DNA of 64,000 nt from Octopus sinensis (lineage: Eukaryota): contig NC_043020.1 in assembly GCF_006345805.1 (NCBI RefSeq), forward strand, positions 28,458,001 through 28,522,000, read 5' to 3'. The notes beneath the pieces are model-generated. The model had not been told where the DNA came from. It made no database searches and saw only the letters and a program-made list of their open reading frames with translations. The stretch's first letter is position 1. Each line of letters opens with the position of its first letter. A program made the translations under genes and the position numbers. This document shows, in pieces, positions 47,230-59,682 of the stretch.

Positions 47230-50149
47230 AATTCCACACAGTTGCCATCTACCAAATTATCTCACAAGGCATTATTCGACCTGAGGCTGTAGTAGAAGAC
47301 ACTGTAGTACAATGGGACTGAACCCCAAACCACATGGTTGCAAAGTAAGTGTCTTTACCACACTGCCATGCCTGCACCTACATAGCAGTAAAATTTGGGA
47401 GCCATTGAATAAGATTGTCTCTGAGTAATGTGTTGCCTAAGAGAGGAAACACTGTAATGGTCTCAGGTCACTTCTTGTCTAAATGATTCATGGTTTTGAT
47501 GACCAGCATCTGAGTGAGAATCTGCTGCCGTTTCATTGATTCTGAACCAAATAATTTATTCACACTGACCCAATTCACTCACTCAGCCGTTCGTAGGGAC
47601 AGCTGTCCTGTCAATGAAGAACCGTATTTGATGACATACAACATGCATTTTCTCCTCTTGGAAAGTGTGTTTAAAAAAATCATCCCAGGTTGTCTATATG
47701 AAGTTGGACCTCTCATAAGCTAATTTTGTCCCTGACACTTTTCCCCCGAATATAAGCTGCTGAAATTGGGGTGTATCTAATATACCCTGCATCTTTCATA
47801 CCATTAATACAGTATTTTACTTATGATAAAGTGTGGTAGGTATTAAAAAAAAGACACATTGTCTTATAATTCCCGTCAGCAACTGTAAAGGCTTTTGTGT
47901 CAGAACGGTCACACACACTCATGCTAGAGTTCCCCTGGGGATGGCAAGGCAGACAGCTGAAAACGTAGATTATTATGATCAAGGCAAATCTTGAATCATT
48001 CTCTGGTTCTGGTGTATGCATACTGTCCACTACAAGATGTTGTCTCATATCGTTTCTTGTGAGAAATTCACATGAATTGTCATGTTTTAGTCACCTGTGT
48101 GTAACGTTAGTCACCTCCATTACTATTTTCTCACTACAACATGACGCCATAACACTCCACCTCTCCAGAATATGAATGACCTAAAGAAGAAAGAATAGGG
48201 GGGACCACGAAGGAGATGGCTATATAACAAACATTAAGGAATGGACAGGAAGGAGATGAAACATTTTGACACAGTTCGTTTTTGGCATCACTGATTCAAT
48301 GCTGAGCTGTTTGATACCAGACATAGCTTTCTGTTCTCTCTCTCTCCCTCCTCCTCCTCCCTCTTTCCTTCTTTCTCTCTCTCTCTATTTCTTGTCCTGT
48401 GTCTGACAAGAAGGAAAATGTTTCTCAATCACATTCAATTAAATAAACTGTAATGCCTCTATCCCCTCCCTCTGTTTATGTGTGTTAGCATCTGGTTATG
48501 CTAGTGTGTGTAATGTATTTCGCTTCCCCTCTCTCTCCCTATCTGTATGTGTATATTTCTGTGCACACGTCTGTTTGCCTCCAGTGCTAAAAAGTACCGT
48601 CGCAGAAACTAGCAGGATGTCTTGTCAGCCGTGCCAAATCATCATCGTTCACACTGCTGTGTCTCCAATTATCCCATTCGGCGATCTTTCGGTACAAGTA
48701 CCATAACTGCCAATTATAAACCCACATTGGGTTTATTTACATTTCTGAAAAAAAAGAAAGAAACCCTTTTCCCCCACCCCTAACCCGAACCCCACATATA
48801 TAAAAAGAAAAAAAAACTTTACGGAAAGTGACGATCTTCTTCTTCAAATGTAAACAGACAGACTTGGCAGTTATGGTACTTTCTCTCATTCCGAGAAAGG
48901 AAGCTGGTGTGAAATATTAGCTTGGCTGATGGTCAGGAAAAATGGAAGGAGAAATTTACACCGACATCGCCGACTATTTCACAATGCATAAGTTTGGCCC
49001 TAACCAAGCATTTTAATAAACTTGGCAGGCAACACACGTAATCAGTTTTTTGGTTATCAGAGCACTTTTAGGTCTACACACGATGTCCGCTGGTTATTAA
49101 TATTGTTACAGTTGTTGTGAGTTTAAAAAAAAAAGAACTTTCAAAACCGCTTCAAAGGTAAACAGTTACTTATCTCTGAACGATTTAATCGACCACCTCA
49201 GAAAATAAGCTATTCCGGCCATTGACGTCAGACATTCTTCTGCTTTTCTCATCGATTCCTTAATGTGAAATCAGGTTAGCAGAGTTTATTGTACAGCAAA
49301 AAGTTTTCTAAGCTGTTGCACTGTTAACGTGTTGAGATGAATTAATGTTAAGCATTGAACAACCCTCCACGTTTCAGTCTTTCCGTGTGTGTGTGTGTGT
49401 ATGTGTGTGTTACCTATGTGGGTGGTTTTGATGTAAAAGTCAACGACTTAGGAACAATCTCTTCATGCTGCCTTCAGCAAAATCCGTAGGTTTCGTGTAA
49501 ACTTGTAGCTGTGTTCTGTATTGGCAAATAGTTAATGCAGAAGTTCAAAGCATGTGATACAATGTTCATGCAGTGAGCAAGAAGTTTAACATTTCAGGTA
49601 GATCCTTTCTTTGGAGAGAAAGAGAGATTAGACAGAGGTGTTATTATTGTGTTGCAGGATAGACTAGAAGTTGTGAGAGTGAAAGCAAACATTGTTATAT
49701 TCTGGTGGGGAGGGAACATAATTATTATCCAATTATTATAATAGTGAAAAATTAGGATGGATGATGACGGAGGAGGATAAATGTTGGTGTGGAGGCGTGT
49801 AAATGGGGTCAGCTGTCAAAAGTAAGGAGAAAATTACGCCAGCAGATCTGAAAAACAGTTGCCCGGAGGCGGTAAAATGGAAAAGAATCATACATCGCCA
49901 CATACATACAGACATTCGCATGTATACATAGTTCCTAATTTAAGCACAAGGCCTGGAATTTTGAGAGGAGGGGTTAGTCGGCACCATCGCCCCCAGTAAT
50001 TGACTGGTACTTTATTTGATGGAACCCGAAAGGAGGAAAGTCAAAGATGGTCCCGGCGGAAATTTGAACTCAGAACGTAAAAAGCTGGAACGTTTTTTTC
50101 CGACGCTTTGACGATTCTGCCAAACCGTTGCCCTTGCTCATATAAATGC

Positions 50150-50522
50150 GTCGTGGCACTCCGTCGGTTACGACGACGAAAGTTCCAGTTGATCCGATCA
50201 ACGGAACAGACTGCTCGTGAAATTAACGTGCAAGTGGCTGAGCACTCCACAGACACGTGCACCCTTAATGTAGTTCTCGGGGAGATTCAGCGTGACACAG
50301 AGTGTGACAAGGTTGGCCCTTTGAAATACAGATACAACAGAAACAGGAAGAAAGTTGTGGCGAAAGAATGCAGCAGGGTTCGCCACCATTCCCTGCCGGA
50401 GCCTCGTGGTACTTTAGGTGTTTTTGCCCAATAAACACTCATAACGCCCTGTCTAGAAATCGAAACCGCGATCCTACGACCGCAAGTCGGCTGCCCTAAC
50501 CACTGGACCATTGCACCTCCAC
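50150..50522 (-). mobile_element. tRNA-headed SINE: family C-like head with a different 3' half
   Basis: GGAGGTGCAATGGTCCAGTGGTTAG head and TTTCGCCACAACTTTC shared with family C; unrelated 3' half. 9-bp TSD TATAAATGC (50141-50149, 50523-50531). Confidence 0.85.
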
Positions 50523-51438
50523 TATAAATGCATACATATACATACAAAAACATGCATACACACACACTGTAACCACACATATTTTCCAAGTCATTATTAT
50601 ATGGACACACAGACACGTTTGGTAAAACAAACAGGAGAAATAGGATTGAATATATTAGTGTATATTTTTTATATTTAGCCGTAAAGTTTCATAAGTAACC
50701 GAAGGGCCAAGAGTTTCGTTCTATTCGCTGTACTTATTAAACTATTTTTTAATAAGTGCCGTGCACAAACCCCTTCACTCTTGAGGGAGAAGAAATGTCT
50801 TGTGTTGGTGGATAGAGAGGAAAAAATATTGTTATATAATAATGGTGTAAAATAAGGGAGGGAGGATGACGGTGGAGAGGTTTCTAGAAAAACAAATGTC
50901 AATGTGGAAGTATGGTTTTGGTTGGTGGTGGTGAGGTGGAGTCAGTAGTTTATGGTAGGAGTAAATTACGCTTATTGATTTTTTAAAAAGTTGATGGAAG
51001 ACGGTGGGAACAAGGAAAAAAATCGGTAATATTTCAGTTGAGGATGTTTAAAATAGTAAATAAAAATGAAAGGGGAAGTAACAAGGGTGGGGTGGGGGTT
51101 AATAAGTCAAGTGTTAAGCAACGTGGCCCTGGGCTATAAGTCACCAAAAAGTGAACGAAAGTCTTTTTTTTTGTTGTTTTGGAACAGAATTCCTGCATAA
51201 TGAATTCGTGTAAATATGACAAATAAATTGTCCCACATTCCAAATTGTCGTCGTAATTTTCTTTTCACTCGCATTCACATATTCTCCCCATTTTGCGTCT
51301 GGACCTCCTCATTTGTGGGAGCCACAAAGTTCTCCTGGTGCGCAAATCCCTTCGTGAGTGTAGATTCATTTTTATTTCCTTTTTGTAAACACCCTAAACT
51401 GAAATATTATCAAAAAAGAATCATCCATTGCCTCACAC

Positions 51439-51471
<33 letters not shown>

Positions 51472-52269
51472 CCAATGTATGCATATAGTTGGTTCCTAAT
51501 TTAGGCACAAGGCCAGAAATTTTGCGAGGAGGGGTTGGTTGACATCATTGCTTCCAGTAGTTGACTGGAGCTTTATTTTATCAATTTCGAAAAGATGAAG
51601 GGCAAAGTTCACCTCGGCTGGGTTTAAACTCGGAACATAAAGAGCTGGAATGTTCTTTTCTGACACTTCAACGATTCTGCCAAACCACTGCTCTTGCTGG
51701 TATAAATTCATACATGTTCATACAAAGACACAAATACATTCTTATCTAACCACGCATATCTTCCAACTTACCCCCATATCACACACACACATTAACATTT
51801 TTCTGCCGTAAAGTTACATAAGTAACTGAAGGGTCGAGAGTTTCGTTCCGTTCAGTTGTACTTAGACAACTTGATAAGTACAGTGTACAACCCTCTTGAC
51901 CCTTGAATCGCTTACGTAACTTTACAACTGAAATATACTCGCATGCGCGCACACACAAAAACACTGTGTGACACAATTTTTGTCCTTGGGTGGCAACTGT
52001 TATCTCCTCTTTGCCGACCCCTGGAAAGTATGAAAAATGGCTAATATTTCCTTCAAACTTTGTTTTTGCTATTTATTCAAACCGCAAAGAACCCCCCTCA
52101 ACACAGGGCTATGTTGCTCCCTCACCACTTCTGCTCGTGATCAGAGATTCACGTATTCTCTCAACACATTTACCCTTTGTCGTACATGTTCACTGATATT
52201 GCACATCCAGTGGAACCTGCTTTCACATCTCATCTGCTGTCACAGCCCACATTTCACTACCATGTAGCA

Positions 52270-52530
52270 TTGGGTTTGAGAGAAGAGCTATGCATAGGAG
52301 GAACCATTTGCAGTGTGCAAGAGGGCCAACTGCGCTGGTTCAGTCATGTAACGCATATGGATGAGGACATCTGCTTAAAGTGCTGGTTGCTTAAAGCGGA
52401 TGGAACTTGTGGCAGAAGGAAGACCCAAGGAGACATGGGGTAAAGGAGTGAAGGATGACCTCATGATGCTGAACCTCACAGAGGAGATGATAAAAGATGA
52501 AGATGATTGGCAATTTTCAGTGATCTCTCT
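52270..52530 (+). mobile_element. Degenerate RTE 3' ORF fragment
   Basis: LREELCIGG..CSVQEGQLRWFSHVTHMDED, similar to 19280-19520. Confidence 0.75.
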
Positions 52531-53099
52531 CCTCTGCCACATTCCATTCTACTCCATCAAACATCTCACATATCAGCTTTCATCCATAGTACCCTCTCAT
52601 CACGACCCACTCACTATAGCCACACCTGTATACCCTGCTTTTCCACTGTTACATCTTGCACATCACCCCCACCCCAACTTTCTGATCTCTCCTTCCTGAG
52701 CCACTTCTGTTTCCCACTCTACCCCATCTCTATACAGGAATTTCTTGTCAGTTGCATCTTTTCTACCCCATCTCTAACCATCAGTTTCTCTCCCCTCACA
52801 CGATCATAAAAGAACTCCCTCTCTCCTCTCCTCATCCATTGTCCATATCCTCTCATACTCAGCCTCCTGTACATTGAGAGCTTGCTCTGGCCTTGCATTA
52901 CTATCATCTTTATCCCCTCTCAACCACCTCCTATATAATGTGTGGTAGCCATGTATCCTCTCTAGCAAGACACCAATGCTTCTCTCTCTCTCTCTCAGCC
53001 TTGGTATGAAGCCACCTCCCCCTCACCTAGTTTGGATATTTGTCTCTTAGGAGCAGGAACTTTTTTCTCAGTTCTCTCTCTGTCTTGCAAATTACTTGG

Positions 53100-53295
53100 C
53101 AACCTCACTGGTGCTGGTGGCATGAAAAAAAGCACCCAGCACACACTGTACAGTGGTTGGCCTTCAGGAGGGCATCCAGCCTTAGCAACCCTGCCAAGGC
53201 TGACATAGGGGCTCAGCAAAGCCTTGCGGTTCGCTATATCCTGTCAAACTGTCCAACCCATGCCAGCCTTGAAAACACATTAAGCAATGATGATG
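53100..53295 (+). mobile_element. Short copy of the RTE LINE 3' end (decayed)
   Basis: Same terminus. Confidence 0.75.
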
Positions 53296-55068
53296 ATTTC
53301 ACACAGACACAGACAGCATAAATAAAGTGACCTTGACCTCTGAAACTCATGATGGAACCAAAACAAATATTCAGGAACAAAATAGAAACGGTAAAAAAAA
53401 TATTGAAAAACATTTTACTTATTGTTTGATTTGTTAATAAAAAAAAGCTTTTTTTTTTATCTCATTTTGCTTTTTTATTTTTAGCTTCAAGTGTGGCACT
53501 TAATGTAGTCACAGCAATATATGATATATATATATATTTATTTAATATCTACACATACATATACACACACGCAAGCATATTTAAAAATTATATATATTGC
53601 TTAGTCAAAGGAGGAAGCTCTCTCTCTCCCCCTCTCTTATATATATCATCATCATTTAACTTCCATTTTCCATGCTGGCATGGGTTGGAGGTGTTGCACA
53701 AAACTCCAGCATCAGCTTTGGGATGATTTCTGTGGCCAGATGCCCTTCCTATATGTGTGTATGCGAGGAAAAAGTGGTACATTTCAATATCGTTTTTTTT
53801 TTGTTCTGGAGTGTAATCTTTGGGTAGTTTGTGGTAAAAATCTGCATTGCTAAGCTGCAGGAGAGCTTCTGGTAGAGGTCAAACAACTGACCACAAGAAG
53901 CAGGACCCCTTGTTAGCCAATTCAATTGTGACATCTCTATGGTCTTTGAGGTGTTGAAGTGAATGCATGGAGTTCACGAATGGTGGTCTTTAAGGGTTTG
54001 ACTTTTTTGTCTTTTTAATTGAATTAGATCCAAATCACGATGACACTTTTTCGCAAACAGGTCAATGGAACTGAACTCTCTCAAGTCGAGTGTTTATGCA
54101 GAACTAGTGTCAGGGATGTACAGGGGTACAGGGTTACCAAAAAGAAGCAATCAGATGGAGGAAGTACTTGGTATCCTCATGTTGGCCAAACTCATTTCAC
54201 TTACTGCTGAGCAGACAGGCATTAAGTATAAAAGTCATCAACTGTGATATATTTGGATATTGTTTACAATAGTTCTTCTCCCCTTCTTTCTTTCCTTTCC
54301 AGTGTAGGAGTGTTTGCAGCAATCTTGGTTCTTCTATAAATAGTTTCAGGAATTTTTGATTAAAAAACAAAAAAAACAACTTATTTTTTTAAAATTAATT
54401 TCTTGCATTGGTTTAACACTTTCGATGCCTGAGACTGGCCCCTGCTATGATACAAACTTGTGTTTTAAAGTGATCCATCAAAATATCATTTTACTTTGTT
54501 TCTAACAAACTCTATAACGATGTAGGTTTAATCTTGTAAAATGGAGTGGACTAGGTTTCATTCCTAGAAAGAACATACGTTTTTGACCGTTGACTAATTA
54601 GTATTTTACCTCGTTAGGTTTCGTTCAGCTTCAATGCAGTTTCGACTACACAAGTTACGTCAGTCAAACTGTGTCATATTTTTGTGTAATTAGCCATAAT
54701 TAATCATTCACTGATGAGGAAAATTACATAGAACATCAGAGAGTGTATGAATTTAGTTTTATGTAATTAATTCTGGGAAGTTAACCATCAGAGGGAACAA
54801 ACTGAATTACCAATCAGGGGATTGTCAATTTAACCTAGTTTGTAATATCAGACATAGTGTAATCTGTGTCATTGCACTTAAATGGTTCTGAACTAAAGTC
54901 GAGTATGTCCAAAGAATGCCAGCATTGCAATATTTCCTTTGCCCTTCTTAGGGGTTACAGCCATAAACCCTCGTAAATTGTTGTCGAGCAAAACTACGCA
55001 TATTTTCTGGGAGAATTATTTCATGTATTCTCTGGTGGACTTAGGTAATTTCACTGCACTTTTCTATA

Positions 55069-55486
55069 GGCACAAGCATGGCTGTGTGCTTCAGAAGCTG
55101 TCTTTTCAACCACATGGTTTCAGGTTCAGTCCCACTGCATGGCGCCTTTGGCAAGTGTCGTCTGTTACAGCCCCAGGCTGACCAAAGCCTTGTCATCGAA
55201 TTTGGTGAATGGAGACTGTTTGGAAGCCCATTTGTGCATGTGTGTGTGTACACACATGCACGAATCTTTGTGTCTGTGCTTGTTCCCACCCACCCCACTA
55301 CCTGAGCGCCAGTGTTGGTTTGTTTATGTCCTCATGACTTAGCAGTTTGGCAAAGGAGATCAATAGAGTAACTACCAGACTTTAAAAAAAATAAGTACTA
55401 GGGTTAAATTGTTTGTCCAAAACCCTTCAAGGTAGTGCCCCAGCATGGCCACAGTCCAATGAGTGAAACAAGTAAAAGATAAAAGA
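55069..55486 (+). mobile_element. SINE family B full copy (decayed)
   Basis: Head plus 3' half. Confidence 0.8.
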
Positions 55487-56578
55487 TTTCTTTGCTTAAT
55501 TCTTTGTCAATATGTCCCCATCCAAATATTTACTTTTCACAATTCAAAATAAAACATCAATTTTATTGTATTCTATTTCCTGTTTAAACACTGCCAGGAT
55601 CTTATATTCTTTTCGTGAAATCCACTCTATGACAAGTATTTGAGCAAGGGCCCTGGTCTCAGAATGTCTTCCTGTCTTCCTTCCACCATTACCATAGGTT
55701 TTTCGAAATGGTCATCAGTGTAGCCCTTCTTCCTCTGATTAAGCCACACAAATAATGGTTATAATACAAACTCAAAGCTGTTCTTGTTTAAGGCAAAGTC
55801 AACCTTGAAATAGCAAAAGTTTGATCAAAGACGTCCCAGCCATGTCTGATGCATTTCTTTTCCTCATAAATTGCTTATTTAAGCCTACATTATCAAATGT
55901 TGCCGGTTTTTTTTCAAAGCTGATAAGATGTGACATGAGTGAAATTTTGACAGCTACTTCTAGCATGCCAAGCAACTATGTATGAGCTCCAAATTTATGC
56001 ATCTTGTTTTGAATGAAGTTTTATCTGGATGGTTGTCTTACAACCAACTGCTACATTGGGGTTTATATCAATAGTCGTACTAGAAGGTTCTCTTACCAAT
56101 AAATATCACATCTGACGACACCCAGAAAGTATATTGATTAAAACATAATCTAACAAGAAAATAACAAATATAGTAAACTCCCTCCTGGCCACCACAACTG
56201 GGATTGGAGGGTGGCTTTTAAGCTAGTGTATAGCTTTTAAGCAATTGACCCTGAATGGGAAGATCTGCAAACAGATCTCTGACTTGTTTCAAAGAATTTG
56301 TTGCAATTGCTTCCTCGAGAATCATATCCCAATGATGACCATAAATGATGACCATATTCGTTGCAATTCGTTGCGAAAAAATATGTAAGAAAAAAAACTG
56401 CTGAAAACAATCGCAGTAATGAAACATAGGAATCCAAAGTTTCAGGATTTTTTCTGGGTGCCAGTTGCTTGAGAGTTCTGGTTATTTGAATCCTGGATAA
56501 GAGTTTATTGTATATGGTTCTTCCTCCAAAATACGAATCTGTAAGAAAAAAATTTAAATAATCTGTTATATTTTCCAG

Positions 56579-56688
56579 AAATGCGATGGACTTGTGCAGC
56601 CTGAATACAAGAAATTCTCCATTGATCCACAGATCACATCTTTTGAGATGTTACAAGGAATTCTGGCAAAAGCATTTAATATCAAAAG
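56579..56688 (+). CDS. TBC1D25: TBC1D25 coding exon 2
   Basis: TTTTCCAG|KCDGLVQPEYKKFSIDPQITSFEMLQGILAKAFNIK+AG|GTAAGT, matching human KCESFLPPEFRSFAVDPQITSLDVLQHILIRAF. 110 nt, phase 0 to 2. Confidence 0.93.
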
Positions 56689-57241
56689 GTAAGTAGTTAC
56701 ATATTTTTCTCTGTTATTTGTTTGTCATCATCTGGAGTTTTTTCCCCCCACCCTATCCTGGTTGGGTGATTTGCCCAGACTAATGTAATTCTTTCACACC
56801 AGATGTTCTGATCAAGTGATGTGGTATGAACATCTGGCCTAGGTTTCAGTTCTATTGGTCTTTCACTCACTGAAATATCTCATCTGCAGATGTCATGACT
56901 GCAGATGGTAGCCGTAGTTTGCTCACTGAACTGGTTGATCCTGGCTGTTGACAGCTTGTCCGTTCATCAACTCAGCTTCCAGTAATATTCACCATCGATT
57001 CCAATAAGTTCATTTGCCAAAATAGTTTACATCCACCCTGCTGCATTGCATGATGTCAACATACCCTGACTCAGGTAATTACACGCTGTTTAGCCCATAG
57101 CTGCGATCCTTGAGCCAAAGTAAACCTGGTAGAGAACACTGTAGTAGAGTTAGAAGGACCATGACACAGCTCGATAGTGGACTGGTGGTTGTAAACTTTT
57201 GGTGAGTGAAGGCACAAGCTTTCTTTAGACATTGCCTAAAG

Positions 57242-57382
57242 CAGGCATGAGCAACCTTTTAGGGGAAGGGCCCCACATGAGACACAACTCATCACCAGAC
57301 AGGACACACTACTAAAAACAATTTTTCATTGCCGTTTCATTCAGATCAAGTCCCATGGGCCAGCACAGTTTAGCCATGACTG
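57242..57382. mobile_element. Old hAT-type MITE
   Basis: Imperfect TIRs CAGGCATGAGCAAC / GTTTAGCCATGACTG; flanks GCCTAAAG / GTCTAGAG (6/8). Confidence 0.5.
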
Positions 57383-57724
57383 GTCTAGAGTTTGCATGGG
57401 ATGGGAAAACGTTTCAAATGTGTGAGAACACTCTCATGTGATAATGTGTTTGTACTTTGAGTCAACGGCTGTTCAGAGCTATAAAAGCATGGAGTTCCTT
57501 TTTTTTTATCATCTGCAAAATATTGATTCAGTCAACAAGTTTTCCTACTTTTGCATAAGTGGCCTTGTACTCAATTCAGAAGAGAAACTGTTATTATTGG
57601 GTAGAGGAGAGGAAATGGAACCAATAGAATGCTTTTGGTATTCAGCTTTCTTCTTTATTTGGAGTTCAAGATCCCTTCTGGGATCAATACAAGTTATATC
57701 CCAAGGTTGATTTACCCAATTATA

Positions 57725-57940
57725 TGAGGGGGTACTGAAAAGTCTCTGACTTTAAGGGTATCGCAAAAGGCCTGGTTGGAGGCCCAATCTTCTAAGTTCT
57801 TTTACAGGGCTTAGAAAAACTGAAGGACCCCTGTGTAAGTGTGTGAATGTGAGAGGAGAATATGTTGGATAAAATCACAATTAACTGATCCTCCTGTATT
57901 TTCTTTTAACCAAAACCAGGAACTTTTCAGCACTTCCTTG
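57725..57940. mobile_element. Mariner-type MITE
   Basis: TA-TGAGGGGGTACTGAAAAGT ... ACTTTTCAGCACTTCCTTG-TA. Confidence 0.75.
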
Positions 57941-59181
57941 TACATCTCCTCTAAACATTTTCAGCCTTATACACACACACTGCAAATGAATATCATTAAT
58001 ATAATGATTAGAAATGGTTTTGCTGGACTAATTAGTCTCAGAATTTCAGAAAAAAATGATTGGGCGTGGCTTTTTGGATGCTGGCGATTTGGCATTGACT
58101 AACTGGACATTCAAACTACTGCTGGTGTGTTTATGTCCCCGTCATCTAGCAGTTCGGCAAAAGAGACTGATAAAATAACTAGGCTTACAATGAATAAGTC
58201 CTGGGGTCGGTTTGTTCGACTAAAGGTGGTGCTCCAGCATGGCCAGTCAAATGACTGAAACACGTAAAAGAATGACGACAATGATGATGATGATGGAGCT
58301 GTCCGTGTAGATTTATGTAGAGTTACATAACAACAGCAACATGAAAAAAGAAACAAGCAATTTTATTAACAGACTTCGTTAATGGCCATTACAAAATAAT
58401 GTGTATTTCTGAAATTGTATTTAATTTCTGCCACCTTTCCACCTATCCATTAAAATTTGGTTTACAGTCTGACATACTAATTGACCAACTATTTATATCA
58501 ATTTGTTAAAAGCATCAACAACTCGGTGGGAATGTATTTGTAGTTTCAATTTAAAGAACTTTTGAATAGATTTGGGAAGAATGCATGGAAGACGAAAAAA
58601 GTAAAAAGCATTTTGTCCAATGTCTTTCATCACAATTATTCTAAATATATATATTTTGATGTTTGCTTTGTTTCATGTTTGTCTCCATTGGCTGTTGACA
58701 ATTTTCTGTCTAAACTGACTGTTGCTTTTGTACTCAGCCAAATTCAAAACAAACCATTCAGTATTATTGGGGATGGTATTTGTTATGATGTTGCTTCGAC
58801 ATCGTGACAATGTTCGCAAATTCATTCCCGTTCTAGCAGCAGCAAACGCAATCTAACCAAGTCTGACTTCACATTACATAAACAGAATTTCAAAGTTTGC
58901 CTTTTTTGCATCAATATATTGTGTAGAATTTAGAATCTACAAGAAATTGTTTAACCCGCATTTGTATTAGACCCGAAATGTCAAGATCAAGAACAGTTGG
59001 ACTGAAAATTCTGTTGTCATTCTAACCGATTCTAAAAACACAAAAGCTCAATGAAAAGTTGTTTCTTTAAAATCTTTTTAACACTTTCTTACCAAGCATT
59101 TACAGACCATATTTTCATATGTAAGAGTTTTACATGATGAGTATTCACTTAATTCCAGGTATGATTTCTATGTAAATATAT

Positions 59182-59213
<32 letters not shown>

Positions 59214-59352
59214 GCTTATTTTGATTGTCTAGCAAGTGATTTGACCCTGAGACTTTCTGTTAAAACTGAAGTAATTACATTGTACTTTTAATAATTTACA
59301 AGTTTAAATTTATTATTTTTGGTGACATATAAGATAATTACTATTTTTAACT

Positions 59353-59682
59353 CTCACAACGTGAGATATTCAGCAACAGTACTTTTGTAGTAAAGATTGT
59401 TTGCCAACATAACAATGGCAGTCCTGGTTTAGGACTAGTTGTCACTTTGAAAACTAAATATCTTGAATGGGAATTTGGCAGCGCCACCTCTAGCCGAACA
59501 ATTATTCTGTGCTGATGAAGGGAAATAACCCGGAAATCGTGATCCACAGATATTGTTTTGAGCTGAGTGGGGGTGCTAGATTCCCTTGTTTGAAAATATA
59601 AGGACACAGATCGTGTTGTAAAACCACCTAGAGACAATGTCTCCTGGGGCTAAATTACAGCAACATTCAACCTAAACCAGGG
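59353..59682 (+). mobile_element. Family H1 copy 2 (inverted distal segment plus forward hammerhead-bearing segment)
   Basis: 59353-59432 is the reverse complement of the 21160-21235 region. About 59495-59682 matches about 20980-21167. Confidence 0.85.
59506..59550 (+). ncRNA. Type I minimal hammerhead ribozyme motif
   Basis: TCTGTG-CTGATGA-A GGG AAATAA CCC G-GAAA-TC GT GA-TC-CACAGA. AUC triplet at 59542-59544; stem I extendable via CAAT/ATTG. Confidence 0.8.

Noticed and set aside
55685-55725. CTGATGA...CGAAA on the minus strand
   Set aside because: Extra A residues in the core and no stem I complement.
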